Positions 5,972-15,022 are shown, numbered from the stretch's first letter. The stretch: DNA of 19,007 nt from Rhodothermales bacterium (GCA_040904565.1 JBBDTI010000070.1:1-19007), one strand, 5' to 3'. Translations and numbers: made by a program. Notes: generated by a model from the letters alone, not told the origin.

Positions 5972-6730
5972 ATGGACGGTGACGACACGCGCTTGACGGG
6001 CGGAACGCGGACGACGCGAATCGCCATGGTCCTTTTCGTAGTTCTGTTGCTCGTTCTCGCCGGACGAGACCTTTTCCTGCCTGCCCGAAACGATACGACG
6101 TATGCCACGGGGCCCGGCGAATACACCGAATTTACGCTTCCTGACGGCAGCGAAGTTCGACTCAACGTGGCCGGGAGATTGAACCTCCCGGTGGAGTTCG
6201 GTACGGGCCGTCGCGTCGTAACGCTCGATGGTGAAGCGTATATAGACGTGACGTTCGACCCACGGCAGCCGTTCGTAGTGGAAACGGAGCGGATGCGCGT
6301 GCTTACGCGGGGCGCGACGTTCGACGTGCGAGACTACAGGGAGGATGCCACGGCATCCGTCATCGTCTCGGAAGGGTCCGTTCTCGTGCGGACTCCCGCG
6401 GCGGAGCGATCTCTGGGACCCGGCTGGCGCGCTAGGGTGGATGATGGGGGTCTTCGGGTCGACTCGGTCGGTGTCGCGGACGCGCCGGCCTGGCTTAAGG
6501 GCGGTCTCGCTTTTCGTGACGACTCGCTAGGGGAAGTGGCCCGCCGGCTGACACGCTGGTACGGCGTTCCCGTCGATCTGGCCCATCCACCGCTCGATTC
6601 CTTGCGGCTGACGGCCGACTTCTATGGCGAATCGGCCTCCGAAACCTCGGAGGAGATAGCCGACCGACTCGGCCTTGAGGTCGAGATCGAGGGTGAACGT
6701 ATCCTGTTCGTTTACCCGGAACGTCGATAA
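5972..6730 (+). CDS. FecR family protein (TM + periplasmic FecR and C-terminal domains)
   Basis: Motifs TGPGEYTEFTLPDGSEVRLN, RVVTLDGEAYIDV..PFVV, VIVSEGSV and AWLKGGLAFRDDSLGEVARRLTRWYGV. SD-like AGAGGT lies upstream of the ATG. Confidence 0.92.
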   Translation: MDGDDTRLTGGTRTTRIAMVLFVVLLLVLAGRDLFLPARNDTTYATGPGEYTEFTLPDGSEVRLNVAGRLNLPVEFGTGRRVVTLDGEAYIDVTFDPRQPFVVETERMRVLTRGATFDVRDYREDATASVIVSEGSVLVRTPAAERSLGPGWRARVDDGGLRVDSVGVADAPAWLKGGLAFRDDSLGEVARRLTRWYGVPVDLAHPPLDSLRLTADFYGESASETSEEIADRLGLEVEIEGERILFVYPERR

Positions 6731-6781
6731 CGCTTCTCTCAAGACGGTCGGTCTGCAGGTCCGGGGGATACCGAGCGAACG

Positions 6782-6810
6782 TGTAACTATCCCCGAAGCC
6801 CCTCCGTAAC
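6782..6810 (+). promoter_or_regulatory. Possible ECF sigma-type promoter upstream of the DUF5916 gene
   Basis: TGTAAC, 17 nt, CGTAAC fits the generic ECF AAC...CGT pattern and sits immediately after fecR. Confidence 0.3.
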
Positions 6811-6870
6811 GTCAAGGCAAGTGCCCGGGTCACGCCCTTCGCCGGCTAGAGCCTTCGGCTTCAACGCACA

Positions 6871-6930
6871 ATGGCTTCGGCGTGTGATGGCTTTGGCGTG
6901 TAGCGGCTTCGGTTTCGGCGTGTGGCGGCT
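6871..6930 (+). repeat. Imperfect ~16-nt tandem repeat
   Basis: ATGGCTTCGGCGTGTG / ATGGCTTTGGCGTGTA / GCGGCTTCGG(TTTCGG)CGTGTG / GCGGCT. Confidence 0.7.
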
Positions 6931-7038
6931 ACTGCCGGTATCGCAGGTTGTTCGATACATAGTCCGCGTGTCGCATCCAGCCACGATATCCCCCGCGTTC
7001 CCTATCGCTTTCAGCCCTGCTCGCAAAAACACACCGTG

Positions 7039-9759
7039 ATGCTCCAAGCTTCGAAGGCCGTATCGACGGTCAGGCACCTCGCGCTCTGGATTGCGGTGGT
7101 CGCCGTATCCGTTCCGGTCGTTGAAGCCCAGTCGCTGGAGACGGGCGAACTGAGGCATACGGAGGACGCCGAAGCCGCGGAGCCGGCGGCCCGGCTCGTT
7201 TCAGCCAGGCCGCTGCAAGGGGGCGTCATCGTGGACGGCGTCATCGACGAGCCGGCATGGGCTTCGGCCGTCTATATCGACACATTCACGCAGCGCGATC
7301 CGATCGAAGGGGCCGAGCCGACCGAACGTACGGAGGTCGCTGTCCTCTACGACCACGAGGCCGTCTACATTGCGGCACGCATGTACGACAGCGCGCCGGA
7401 TTCGATCGTGGCACGGCTGGGACGGCGTGACGCGGAACTCGAGTCAGATCGCTTTGCGGTCTTCCTCGATCCTTATCTCGATCGCCGAAGCGGCTTCTAT
7501 TTCGGACTCAATGCGGCGGGAACGCTGTATGACGGCGTGCTGCTGAACGATAGCTGGGATGATTCGGATTGGGACGGGGTCTGGGAGGGGAGCGTGTCGC
7601 GGACGGATGACGGCTGGGTCGCCGAAATGCGCATTCCCTACTCGCAGCTCCGATTCTATAGAAGGGATCGATACGTGTGGGGCGTCAACTTTCTACGTGA
7701 GATCTCACGAAAGCAGGAGCGGGACTTCCTCGTGTACTCGCCGCGAAATGAAAGCGGCTTTGTGAGCCGCTTCTGGGATCTCGTCGGCATGCGAGACATC
7801 GAGCCGAAACGCCAGCTCGAAGTCGTGCCATACATCACCACGCGTGCGGTATACGACGAGACGGTTGGACCGGGAAACCCTTTAAACGACGGCTCGCTCT
7901 ACGGGTTGGATGCAGGGGCCGACGTACGCCTGGGCCTCACGCCGAATCTCACGATGAATGCGACCGTCAATCCAGACTTCGGACAGGTCGAGGTCGATCC
8001 GGCCGTGATCAATCTCAGTGCCTTTGAAACGTTTTTCTCAGAAAAGCGCCCCTTTTTCATCGAAGGCTCATCGCTTTTCGAAAATTTCGGGTACGGTGGG
8101 TCGGACAATAACTGGGGATTTAACTGGGGGAACCCACGTTTCTTCTACAGTCGCAGAGTCGGCCGCTCCCCCTCCGGGCCGCTGCCGGATCACGAGTTTT
8201 CGCGCCTGCCCGATGCCACGCGCATCCTGGGTGCAGCGAAAGTGACGGGTAAGATAGCCGGCAGTTGGAACGTTGGGACGATCCAGGCGCTCACCGCCGC
8301 CGAGAAGGCCCGGCTCATTCAGGATCGCCGCCGCTTCGAGGCGGACGTAGAGCCGGCGACGTACTTCGGCGTGTATCGTGCTCAGAAGGAGTTCGCTGAA
8401 GGACGCCATGGCGTCGGCGTACTTTCCACGATGAACAACCGATTCTTCACGAGTGACCGGCTGCGGGATGCCATGAACCAACGCTCGTTCGCCGTCGGAC
8501 TCGATGGCTGGACGTTCGTCGGACCATCCAGGACATGGGTCGTTAATGGGTGGACGGGGGCGTCTTACGTGAACGGGACAGAGGCACGGCTCCTTCAGAT
8601 ACAGGAGAGCCCGCTCCATTACTTCAACCGGCCGGATGCGGATCACGTCTCGCTCGACAGCAGCGCGACGTCGATGAGTGGTTGGTCCGGACGTCTGGCC
8701 CTCAACAAGCAGCGCGGCCGCGTGATCGTCAACGCCGCACTGGGAGCCATCTCACCATCATTCGACGTGAACGACGTGGGATTTCAGTGGCGCTCGGACG
8801 TGATTAACGGACACCTGGGCGTCGGGTATCGCTGGCCGGATCCGGGTCCGTTTACCCGCAGTGCGACGCTGATCTCAGCCGTGTTTCGAAGCATCGACTT
8901 CTCCGGAAATACGACCTGGGCCGGCGTATGGGGAGTGGCAGACGTCGAACTGCTCAATTATTACCGATTGGAGACCCGCGTGGCGGTGAATCCAGAAACG
9001 GTCAGCACGACGAGCACGCGAGGCGGGCCCCTCATGCTGAATCCTCCCGGGGTCCAGGCCGGAGTTCGAGCTTCGACGGATCGTCGAAAGAATCTCGTGT
9101 TTGGCGCCGGCATCGACACGTATCTGTCCGACCGGAACCGCTCCCTGGACTTTAACCTCGAAACGGAATGGAAGCCGGCGGCCAACGTTTCGCTTACGTT
9201 GAATCCGACCGTTTCCTTTAACGACCAGCACGCTCAGTGGGTGGATGCCTTCGACGATCCGCATGCGACCTCCACCTTCGGGAAGCGGTACGTCTTTGCG
9301 GAGCTGGATCAGATTACGGTTTCTTCGAGCGTACGACTCAACTGGACGTTTACACCGAAACTGAGCTTTCAGCTATATGCGCAGCCGCTCATCTCGGCAG
9401 GCAATTACCGCAATTATAAGGAGCTCGCTCGTCCCAGGTCGTTTGAATTTACTCGCTATGGGGAAGAGGGTACTACCTTCGATCCGGTCACGAGAGAGGC
9501 GGATCCGGACGGACCGGCCGGGCCCGCCGCGCCCATAGAGGTTCCTGCGCTCGATTTCAACGTGGCATCGCTCCGGGGTACAGCTGTAGTACGGTGGGAA
9601 TACCAGCCGGGATCGACGATTTATTTCGTGTGGACGCAACAACGCTCCGACTCGTCGACTTACCCCCATTTTGCATTTCGGCCTTCCTTCGAGCAGCTTC
9701 GAGCGGCACCGATGGAGAACGTCTTTGTCGTCAAGCTTACGTACTGGTTCAACCCGTAG
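7039..9759 (+). CDS. DUF5916 / CBM9-like domain protein, predicted secreted or outer-membrane beta-barrel
   Basis: Signal peptide after ATG 7039. CBM9-like N-terminus (IVDGVIDEPAW, GWVAEMRIPYSQLRF, WGVNF) and the hallmark NATVNPDFGQVEVD..INLSAFETFFSEKRPFFIEG..FYSRRVG. Ends in the OMP-like VVKLTYWFNP. The ORF-track start at 6922 is probably too early. Confidence 0.85.
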   Translation: MLQASKAVSTVRHLALWIAVVAVSVPVVEAQSLETGELRHTEDAEAAEPAARLVSARPLQGGVIVDGVIDEPAWASAVYIDTFTQRDPIEGAEPTERTEVAVLYDHEAVYIAARMYDSAPDSIVARLGRRDAELESDRFAVFLDPYLDRRSGFYFGLNAAGTLYDGVLLNDSWDDSDWDGVWEGSVSRTDDGWVAEMRIPYSQLRFYRRDRYVWGVNFLREISRKQERDFLVYSPRNESGFVSRFWDLVGMRDIEPKRQLEVVPYITTRAVYDETVGPGNPLNDGSLYGLDAGADVRLGLTPNLTMNATVNPDFGQVEVDPAVINLSAFETFFSEKRPFFIEGSSLFENFGYGGSDNNWGFNWGNPRFFYSRRVGRSPSGPLPDHEFSRLPDATRILGAAKVTGKIAGSWNVGTIQALTAAEKARLIQDRRRFEADVEPATYFGVYRAQKEFAEGRHGVGVLSTMNNRFFTSDRLRDAMNQRSFAVGLDGWTFVGPSRTWVVNGWTGASYVNGTEARLLQIQESPLHYFNRPDADHVSLDSSATSMSGWSGRLALNKQRGRVIVNAALGAISPSFDVNDVGFQWRSDVINGHLGVGYRWPDPGPFTRSATLISAVFRSIDFSGNTTWAGVWGVADVELLNYYRLETRVAVNPETVSTTSTRGGPLMLNPPGVQAGVRASTDRRKNLVFGAGIDTYLSDRNRSLDFNLETEWKPAANVSLTLNPTVSFNDQHAQWVDAFDDPHATSTFGKRYVFAELDQITVSSSVRLNWTFTPKLSFQLYAQPLISAGNYRNYKELARPRSFEFTRYGEEGTTFDPVTREADPDGPAGPAAPIEVPALDFNVASLRGTAVVRWEYQPGSTIYFVWTQQRSDSSTYPHFAFRPSFEQLRAAPMENVFVVKLTYWFNP

Positions 9760-9906
9760 CTATATCAAGACCACAGCGGGGAGGCCGTCTCGATGTCGAG
9801 GTCGAAGTGCGACCGTGTCGGAACCTCGATCGCTCGAACTCGTGCGCAGATACGGCGATTATTCGGCTACAGATAGGAGGGTGGAGCTCTTGGACCGGAT
9901 CGATTT

Positions 9907-10353
9907 ATGATGTTATCTCGAGGATGCGAATACGGACTGCGGGCATCACTCTATCTGGTTTCGCTGAAGGAGGACGGATTCGTCCCGATACGGAGATTGA
10001 GCCAGGAGCTCGACATCGAATTTCACTTCTTGACGAAGCTGTTTCAGCAGCTCACGGAAGCCGGTCTCGTGCACTCTCAGCGCGGTCCAAAGGGAGGCGT
10101 GGCCTTCGCAAAACCGGCGGACGCGGTGACGCCGATGGACGTCGTGCTGGCGATCGACGGTCCGGAATTGTTTCAGGAATGCGTCCTCGGTCTGCCCGGG
10201 TGCGGCGAGCAAAGGCCGTGTCCGCTGCACGAAAAGTGGGCGAAGGAGCGTGAACGAATCACGGACATGTTCGAAATGACCTCGCTACGCGACATGGCGG
10301 ATCGCATGATGAAAGAAGGGCATCGGCTGCGGTACGGGCCGCTGCACGACTGA
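9907..10353 (+). CDS. Rrf2 family transcriptional regulator, probably Fe-S binding
   Basis: wHTH region FLTKLFQQLTEAGLVHSQRGPKGG, DVVLAIDG, and Cys cluster CVLGLPGCGEQRPCPLH. Confidence 0.93.
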   Translation: MMLSRGCEYGLRASLYLVSLKEDGFVPIRRLSQELDIEFHFLTKLFQQLTEAGLVHSQRGPKGGVAFAKPADAVTPMDVVLAIDGPELFQECVLGLPGCGEQRPCPLHEKWAKERERITDMFEMTSLRDMADRMMKEGHRLRYGPLHD

Positions 10354-10488
10354 TCCGCGAGGCTTTCGTACGAGACGCCTTTGCGAAACAGCCTGCGATC
10401 TCGTGTCCGGCGCGTGCTCGCCCAAACATCTCGGCGATACAGGCTGTTACACCGAAAAACAAGATCCATTCCGTAGCTGCAGCCGACG

Positions 10489-11169
10489 ATGATGAAGGAG
10501 GGAGCAAGCATACAGATTCGTGTCAGCATATACAGCGACTATACCTGTCCGTGGTGTTACGTGGGATCGGCACGATTCGAAAGGCTGAAGGAGCGGCTCG
10601 GCGACGACGTCGAGCTCGTCGAGAAGTGGATGCCGTTTGAAATACATCCCGAGGTCCCATCCGAAGGCATGTCGGTCGACCAGCTACCCTATTCGAAAGA
10701 GCAGTTTCAAGAAATGATAGACTATCTGGGGGAGCAGGCGGCGGCCGAGGGGGTGTCTATTTCCAATCTGGAGCGGGTCTCGAATACGCACCGTGCGCTG
10801 GCGGCAGCTACGTTTGTGCAGAACACGTATCCGGAACGGTTTCTGGACTTCCACCGGCGGCTCTTCGAGGCCTATTTCGCAGAAGGCCGGGATCTGAACG
10901 ACGAGGTCGTCCTGCGGCGAACGGCTGAGGAGGTTGGCGTGCCGTCCGATGAGATGCTGGCCGCGCTAACCGGTGGCGAATACGACGACGCGATCGCCGC
11001 GACCGGAGAGATGGCGCGGCGCCTCGGCATTTCCGGTACGCCCACATTCGTGTTCGAGAACGAATTCGCTGTCGTGGGCGCCCACCCTGTGGAGACCCTC
11101 CATTCGGCCGTTATGAAGGTGGTGGATACGGTGAAGGATGGTACTACTTCAGCGGGAAGTGAGGCCTGA
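10489..11169 (+). CDS. DsbA family oxidoreductase (FrnE/HCCA-isomerase-like)
   Basis: Motifs IYSDYTCPWCYVG, PFEIHPEVP, LFEAYFAEGRDL and ARRLGISGTPTFVF. No signal peptide, so probably cytoplasmic. Confidence 0.92.
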   Translation: MMKEGASIQIRVSIYSDYTCPWCYVGSARFERLKERLGDDVELVEKWMPFEIHPEVPSEGMSVDQLPYSKEQFQEMIDYLGEQAAAEGVSISNLERVSNTHRALAAATFVQNTYPERFLDFHRRLFEAYFAEGRDLNDEVVLRRTAEEVGVPSDEMLAALTGGEYDDAIAATGEMARRLGISGTPTFVFENEFAVVGAHPVETLHSAVMKVVDTVKDGTTSAGSEA

Positions 11170-11249
11170 GGCGCACGAGATGTTCGAGCACCTCGTGTAA
11201 ATTCCGCCGTTGCCCCACATCGGACGGTCTGGCGGTGTCCCTGCACCGA

Positions 11250-12110
11250 TCACGCACCCCGACGGGCTGCCGCGCGAGGCAGCTCCGCGGCGCCGAGCAG
11301 CGGGGCGTCGTCCAGCTCCGAAAGCTCAAATTCGAGTCTTTCCAGGGTCCGCCGGAATCCGAAGTCGCTGACGGTAGCCCACATCGATTCCTGAAAATAC
11401 GCATAGGCATGGCGTATCGAACCCCCGACGACGATCAGCTCGGGATCGAAGCCGTACATGACGCTCTTTACGGCGTTGCCGACGTGGTGACCGAATTCCT
11501 CCCAGAGTGATCGAGCTACGACGTCACCTGCTTCCGCCTGATGATACATTTCGGCGGCGTCCAGTCCGCGATTTATAAAGAAGAGCCCGCTGCAATACTC
11601 TTCGAGGATGGATTCCCTGTAGGGGATCATCCCGAATTCGCCGGCACCGCAGTTCGAGCCTTCATACAGGCGGCCGTCGACGATGAGTCCGGCCGCGAAC
11701 CCCGTCCCGAGGTTCATGCCTGCCACATTTCTATAACCCTGTGCTTTCCCGAATGCATATTCGCCGAGCACGAAACAGTTTACGTCGTTGTTGACGTACG
11801 TCGGCCGCCCGTATCGATCTTCAAACCGTTCTTTGAACGGCACGTCCACCATAGCGGGAATGTTCTGAACGTCGTAGACGACGCCCGTGTCAACATCGAC
11901 CACGCTCGGGACGCCCACACCGATCCCCACCACGTCGTCTCCCACCACGTCGTCGACCACTTCGAAGATCTGATTCATAACCACGTCTACCGCGCCGTCG
12001 GCGTCCACGCGACGCGACTCGACGCGCAGGAGGTTCTGCTCCTCTACGATCCCCGCTCGTACGTTCGTGGCGCCGAGATCGACACCAACGTATAGCGCTC
12101 GCTCGCTCAT
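11250..12110 (-). CDS. ROK family sugar kinase (glucokinase-like)
   Basis: Motifs GVDLGATN, GIGVGVPS, VNNDVNCFVLGE, LGTGFAAGLIVDG, GAGEFG and APLLGAA. Start overlaps the MFS stop (ATGA). Confidence 0.93.
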   Translation of the reverse strand: MSERALYVGVDLGATNVRAGIVEEQNLLRVESRRVDADGAVDVVMNQIFEVVDDVVGDDVVGIGVGVPSVVDVDTGVVYDVQNIPAMVDVPFKERFEDRYGRPTYVNNDVNCFVLGEYAFGKAQGYRNVAGMNLGTGFAAGLIVDGRLYEGSNCGAGEFGMIPYRESILEEYCSGLFFINRGLDAAEMYHQAEAGDVVARSLWEEFGHHVGNAVKSVMYGFDPELIVVGGSIRHAYAYFQESMWATVSDFGFRRTLERLEFELSELDDAPLLGAAELPRAAARRGA

Positions 12111-13369
12111 GTAAGATCTCTAGCTGTTGATTCCTGCACGGAAATAGTCTTATTCGTGATCAGCGGATCGGCCCAGAGGCCGATCGCAAGGATGTACCCC
12201 ATGGTAACGTATAGGAATAGCATGCCGATGCGAAGACCGGCCAGATCGCCGATCCAGCCGACGACCAGTGGGAGGACGGCACCACCGATGATCCCCGTGA
12301 TGAGGATGCCCGAAAAGGACCCGTGATGCTCGGTAACGGAGTTTAGTGCCAGAGAGAAGATGACCGACCACATCACGGAGATGAAAAAGCCGACGGCGGG
12401 CAGCGCGTAACGGGCGACGTCGGCTGGACCGAAGAGTCCCGTCGAGAAGCTGATGATGGCCGCAGCCGAGAAGATGATGAGCACGTGCCGACTGTCCATC
12501 AGCTTGAGCGCGAGCAAGCCGAGCAGGGTACCCGCCGTCATCAGTCCCCAAAACAGCGAGACGGCCGCCGCGCCCTCCGTCCGTGGATCGAAGCCGTGGT
12601 AGGAGGACAGAAACTCCGACATCCAGTTGGCGACTCCCTGTTCCGTTCCGACGTAGCAGAAGATGCCGATGAAGTATAGAATCACGAGGGGCCGCTTGAG
12701 CAGATCGAAATGCGTTGCCATGGGACCGACCTGCTCGTCGTCTGCCAGATCGATGGAGGGAATGGGAGAGACGGTGAGCACGCCTATCATCACCAGACAT
12801 ACCGCGGCAAAAATCCAGTAGAGGGAGATCCAGGGCAGGTCCGGAGGCACCACGGCTGCCAGCAGATCGAGCAGGAAGTTCTGGTCGCCACCCTGTGCGA
12901 GATTAAGTACGAGGTAGGAGTAGACGAGCGGACTCAGGAAGGAGGCCAGGCCGAAGAAGAGCTGCCCCAAGACGGAGTTAAAAGCAAAATGTTCTTCACC
13001 ACCGGCCACACGGAGTACCGGATGCAGAGCCACCTGCAACATCGCCATCCCCGTACCGATCAGGAACAGCGAGACGATGGCCATCAAGTAGTACGGATAC
13101 ATCGCCAGCAGCAGGGCTCCGCAGAACGCGAGGGCGAAGGCGGCGACCGTGACGCGCTTTGCCGAATAGCGCTCCACCAGCATGCCGGCAGGGATGCTCG
13201 TCACGCCATAGGCGATGAAGAAGGCGAACGGCAAAAGCGCCACGAGCGTGAGGCTCAGGTCGAAATCTTCGATGATCTCCGGGACGAGCGGACCTATGAT
13301 GTTCGTCAGAAATGAAATGACGAAGAAGGTCAGCATGATGAGGCCGACGACGAAGTAGTTTCGCTCCAT
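12107..13369 (-). CDS. MFS sugar transporter, FucP/GluP (FHS) family
   Basis: About 12 TM segments, with FFIAYGVTSIPAG, LQVALHP, GIFCYVGTEQGVANW, SVMWSVIFSLAL and GIIGGAVLP. Start placed at ATG 13369 (MERNYFVV); the upstream extension in the ORF track is not homolog-like. Confidence 0.9.
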   Translation of the reverse strand: MERNYFVVGLIMLTFFVISFLTNIIGPLVPEIIEDFDLSLTLVALLPFAFFIAYGVTSIPAGMLVERYSAKRVTVAAFALAFCGALLLAMYPYYLMAIVSLFLIGTGMAMLQVALHPVLRVAGGEEHFAFNSVLGQLFFGLASFLSPLVYSYLVLNLAQGGDQNFLLDLLAAVVPPDLPWISLYWIFAAVCLVMIGVLTVSPIPSIDLADDEQVGPMATHFDLLKRPLVILYFIGIFCYVGTEQGVANWMSEFLSSYHGFDPRTEGAAAVSLFWGLMTAGTLLGLLALKLMDSRHVLIIFSAAAIISFSTGLFGPADVARYALPAVGFFISVMWSVIFSLALNSVTEHHGSFSGILITGIIGGAVLPLVVGWIGDLAGLRIGMLFLYVTMGYILAIGLWADPLITNKTISVQESTARDLT

Positions 13370-13436
13370 CACGGTGCCGGTTTGATCGGACGATTGCTCG
13401 ACGGTCAATGCATGAGCCCGTAAAGGGTCCGCGCCT

Positions 13437-13445
13437 ATAATACCA
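13437..13445 (-). promoter_or_regulatory. Candidate extended -10 promoter for MFS-ROK
   Basis: Minus strand TG-G-TATTAT, about 70 nt upstream of the MFS ATG. Confidence 0.4.
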
Positions 13446-13537
13446 CTGCTCGACGCGGCGCGCCAGGGATGCGTCCGGAACGAGCGGATGAGGACACGTC
13501 GCGAGACGCGCAATCGGTCCGTACCCGGTCGGGATCG

Positions 13538-14863
13538 CTACTCGGATGGGCGGTCCAGCGCCTTCACGATGACGATCGATCGATCGTCACTGAAGTCGGT
13601 CGACACCGACAGAAAGGACTTCACCCTGGATTCCAGCTTTTTGATCATTTCCTCTGCCGGAAGGTCACGGTGGGCGTTGAGCGAGGCGATGATGCGATCG
13701 TCACCGAACGGCATCCCGTCCGGCCCTTCCGCGTCGGGATAGCCGTCCGTAAACACGGCCAGGACGTCGCCCGGCTTCAGGTTGAACACCTCCTGACCGG
13801 CCAGCAGGTCGGGCAGAATCCCGATCGGGGGGCCGCCCGGTTCGAGTCGGATCACCTGTTTGCCGCGAAGCAGGATGGCCGCATTATGGCCTGCATTCAC
13901 ATAGGTGAACACGTTCGCACCGGCATCGAGGACGCCGTAGAATAGGGTCACGAATTCGTCCGGGCGAGTGTCCTCATACACGGCTCGATTGACCTTGCCG
14001 ATCACGTCGCGCATGGAGAAAATGTTCTCTGCCTGCACGCGGAGCGCCGTGCGTACCGTCGCCATCAACAGCGAAGCGGGGATGCCCTTGCCCGATACGT
14101 CGCCGAGTGCAATGCCGACGTTGTTTTCGGGCAAGGAGATGAAGTCGTAAAAGTCCCCGCCGATTTCGTAGCACGGCCGATACGCACCTCCAATGTCGTA
14201 CCCTGGAATCGAAGGCGCCTGACTGGGCATCAGCTTTCGCTGTATGTCCGCCGCGATCTCGAGCTCGTGCTCGATCTGCTGCAGCTCCAGCTTTTCCTGA
14301 TACAGCTGGGCGAGGGAAATGGCCACGGAGGCCTGATTCGCGATGGTCTTGAACATGCGGCGCTCGTCCAGGGAAAAGACGTGGGGCGTCGCCGTGAACA
14401 CCGATAACGCGCCGATGGCACTGCCGTCACGAACGAGAGGAGCAGCCAGGAGGGAGTGAATACCCTCGTGAACGGCCTCTCGTGCATACTGCATGCGCGG
14501 ATCTTCGGCTACGTCGTAGACTTCCACCACGTCGTCGTCATTGCAGCACCGTTCGATGAGCTGCCGAAAAATGCTCTTGGCAGCGATTACCGGCCCCTTG
14601 AACAGGTATTCCCGGCTGAGACCATGCGAGGCTTTCAGAAGCATCTCGCCCGATTCCTTATTGAGCAGGCGGATCGTGCACGCCTTCATGTGCATCGTCT
14701 CGGCCGTCACGCGCACAACCTCGTCGAGCAGGGGCTGGAGGTCGAAGCTCGTCTGCGTCAGTAAATTACTGATGAAGTCGAGCGCCGTGAGCTGATCGTC
14801 GAATTCCCGCTCCGTCGATCCGTCGACGCGAGCGTGAGCGTTGGTAGAGTCCGTTTCGGGCAT
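13538..14863 (-). CDS. GAF domain + PP2C-type (SpoIIE/RsbU-like) phosphatase
   Basis: GAF region (ACTIRLL, DVAEDPR, GIHSLLAAPL, IGALSV), coiled linker ELEIAADIQRKLMP, and PP2C motifs IGGDFYDF, LGDVSGKG, FVTLFY, YVNAGH, FTDG and DDRSIV. Confidence 0.95.
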   Translation of the reverse strand: MPETDSTNAHARVDGSTEREFDDQLTALDFISNLLTQTSFDLQPLLDEVVRVTAETMHMKACTIRLLNKESGEMLLKASHGLSREYLFKGPVIAAKSIFRQLIERCCNDDDVVEVYDVAEDPRMQYAREAVHEGIHSLLAAPLVRDGSAIGALSVFTATPHVFSLDERRMFKTIANQASVAISLAQLYQEKLELQQIEHELEIAADIQRKLMPSQAPSIPGYDIGGAYRPCYEIGGDFYDFISLPENNVGIALGDVSGKGIPASLLMATVRTALRVQAENIFSMRDVIGKVNRAVYEDTRPDEFVTLFYGVLDAGANVFTYVNAGHNAAILLRGKQVIRLEPGGPPIGILPDLLAGQEVFNLKPGDVLAVFTDGYPDAEGPDGMPFGDDRIIASLNAHRDLPAEEMIKKLESRVKSFLSVSTDFSDDRSIVIVKALDRPSE

Positions 14864-15022
14864 GGAGGAGGAATGGGCGCCTCAGCACCCGTCCGATAGC
14901 AAAAAACATGAATCAGATGGCGCAAACGCTGCGCACGGTCTGCGGGATCCGCTCGATCGCAGCACGCTCAAAACGAAACACGGCGGCCGGCGTTTCGACG
15001 AGGGACCCGATCCCGACGGTGA

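Noticed and set aside
6871-6930. CRISPR array
   Set aside because: Repeats are about 16 nt, contiguous and without spacers, and there are no cas genes.
9765-9791. Third sigma28-like promoter upstream of Rrf2 (TCAAG-N14-GCCGTCTC)
   Set aside because: The -10 element lacks the conserved ATA of GCCGATA; too weak to call.
9594-10253. 219-aa alternative-frame ORF spanning the DUF5916 end and Rrf2
   Set aside because: Arg/Gly-rich off-frame translation overlapping two clear genes.
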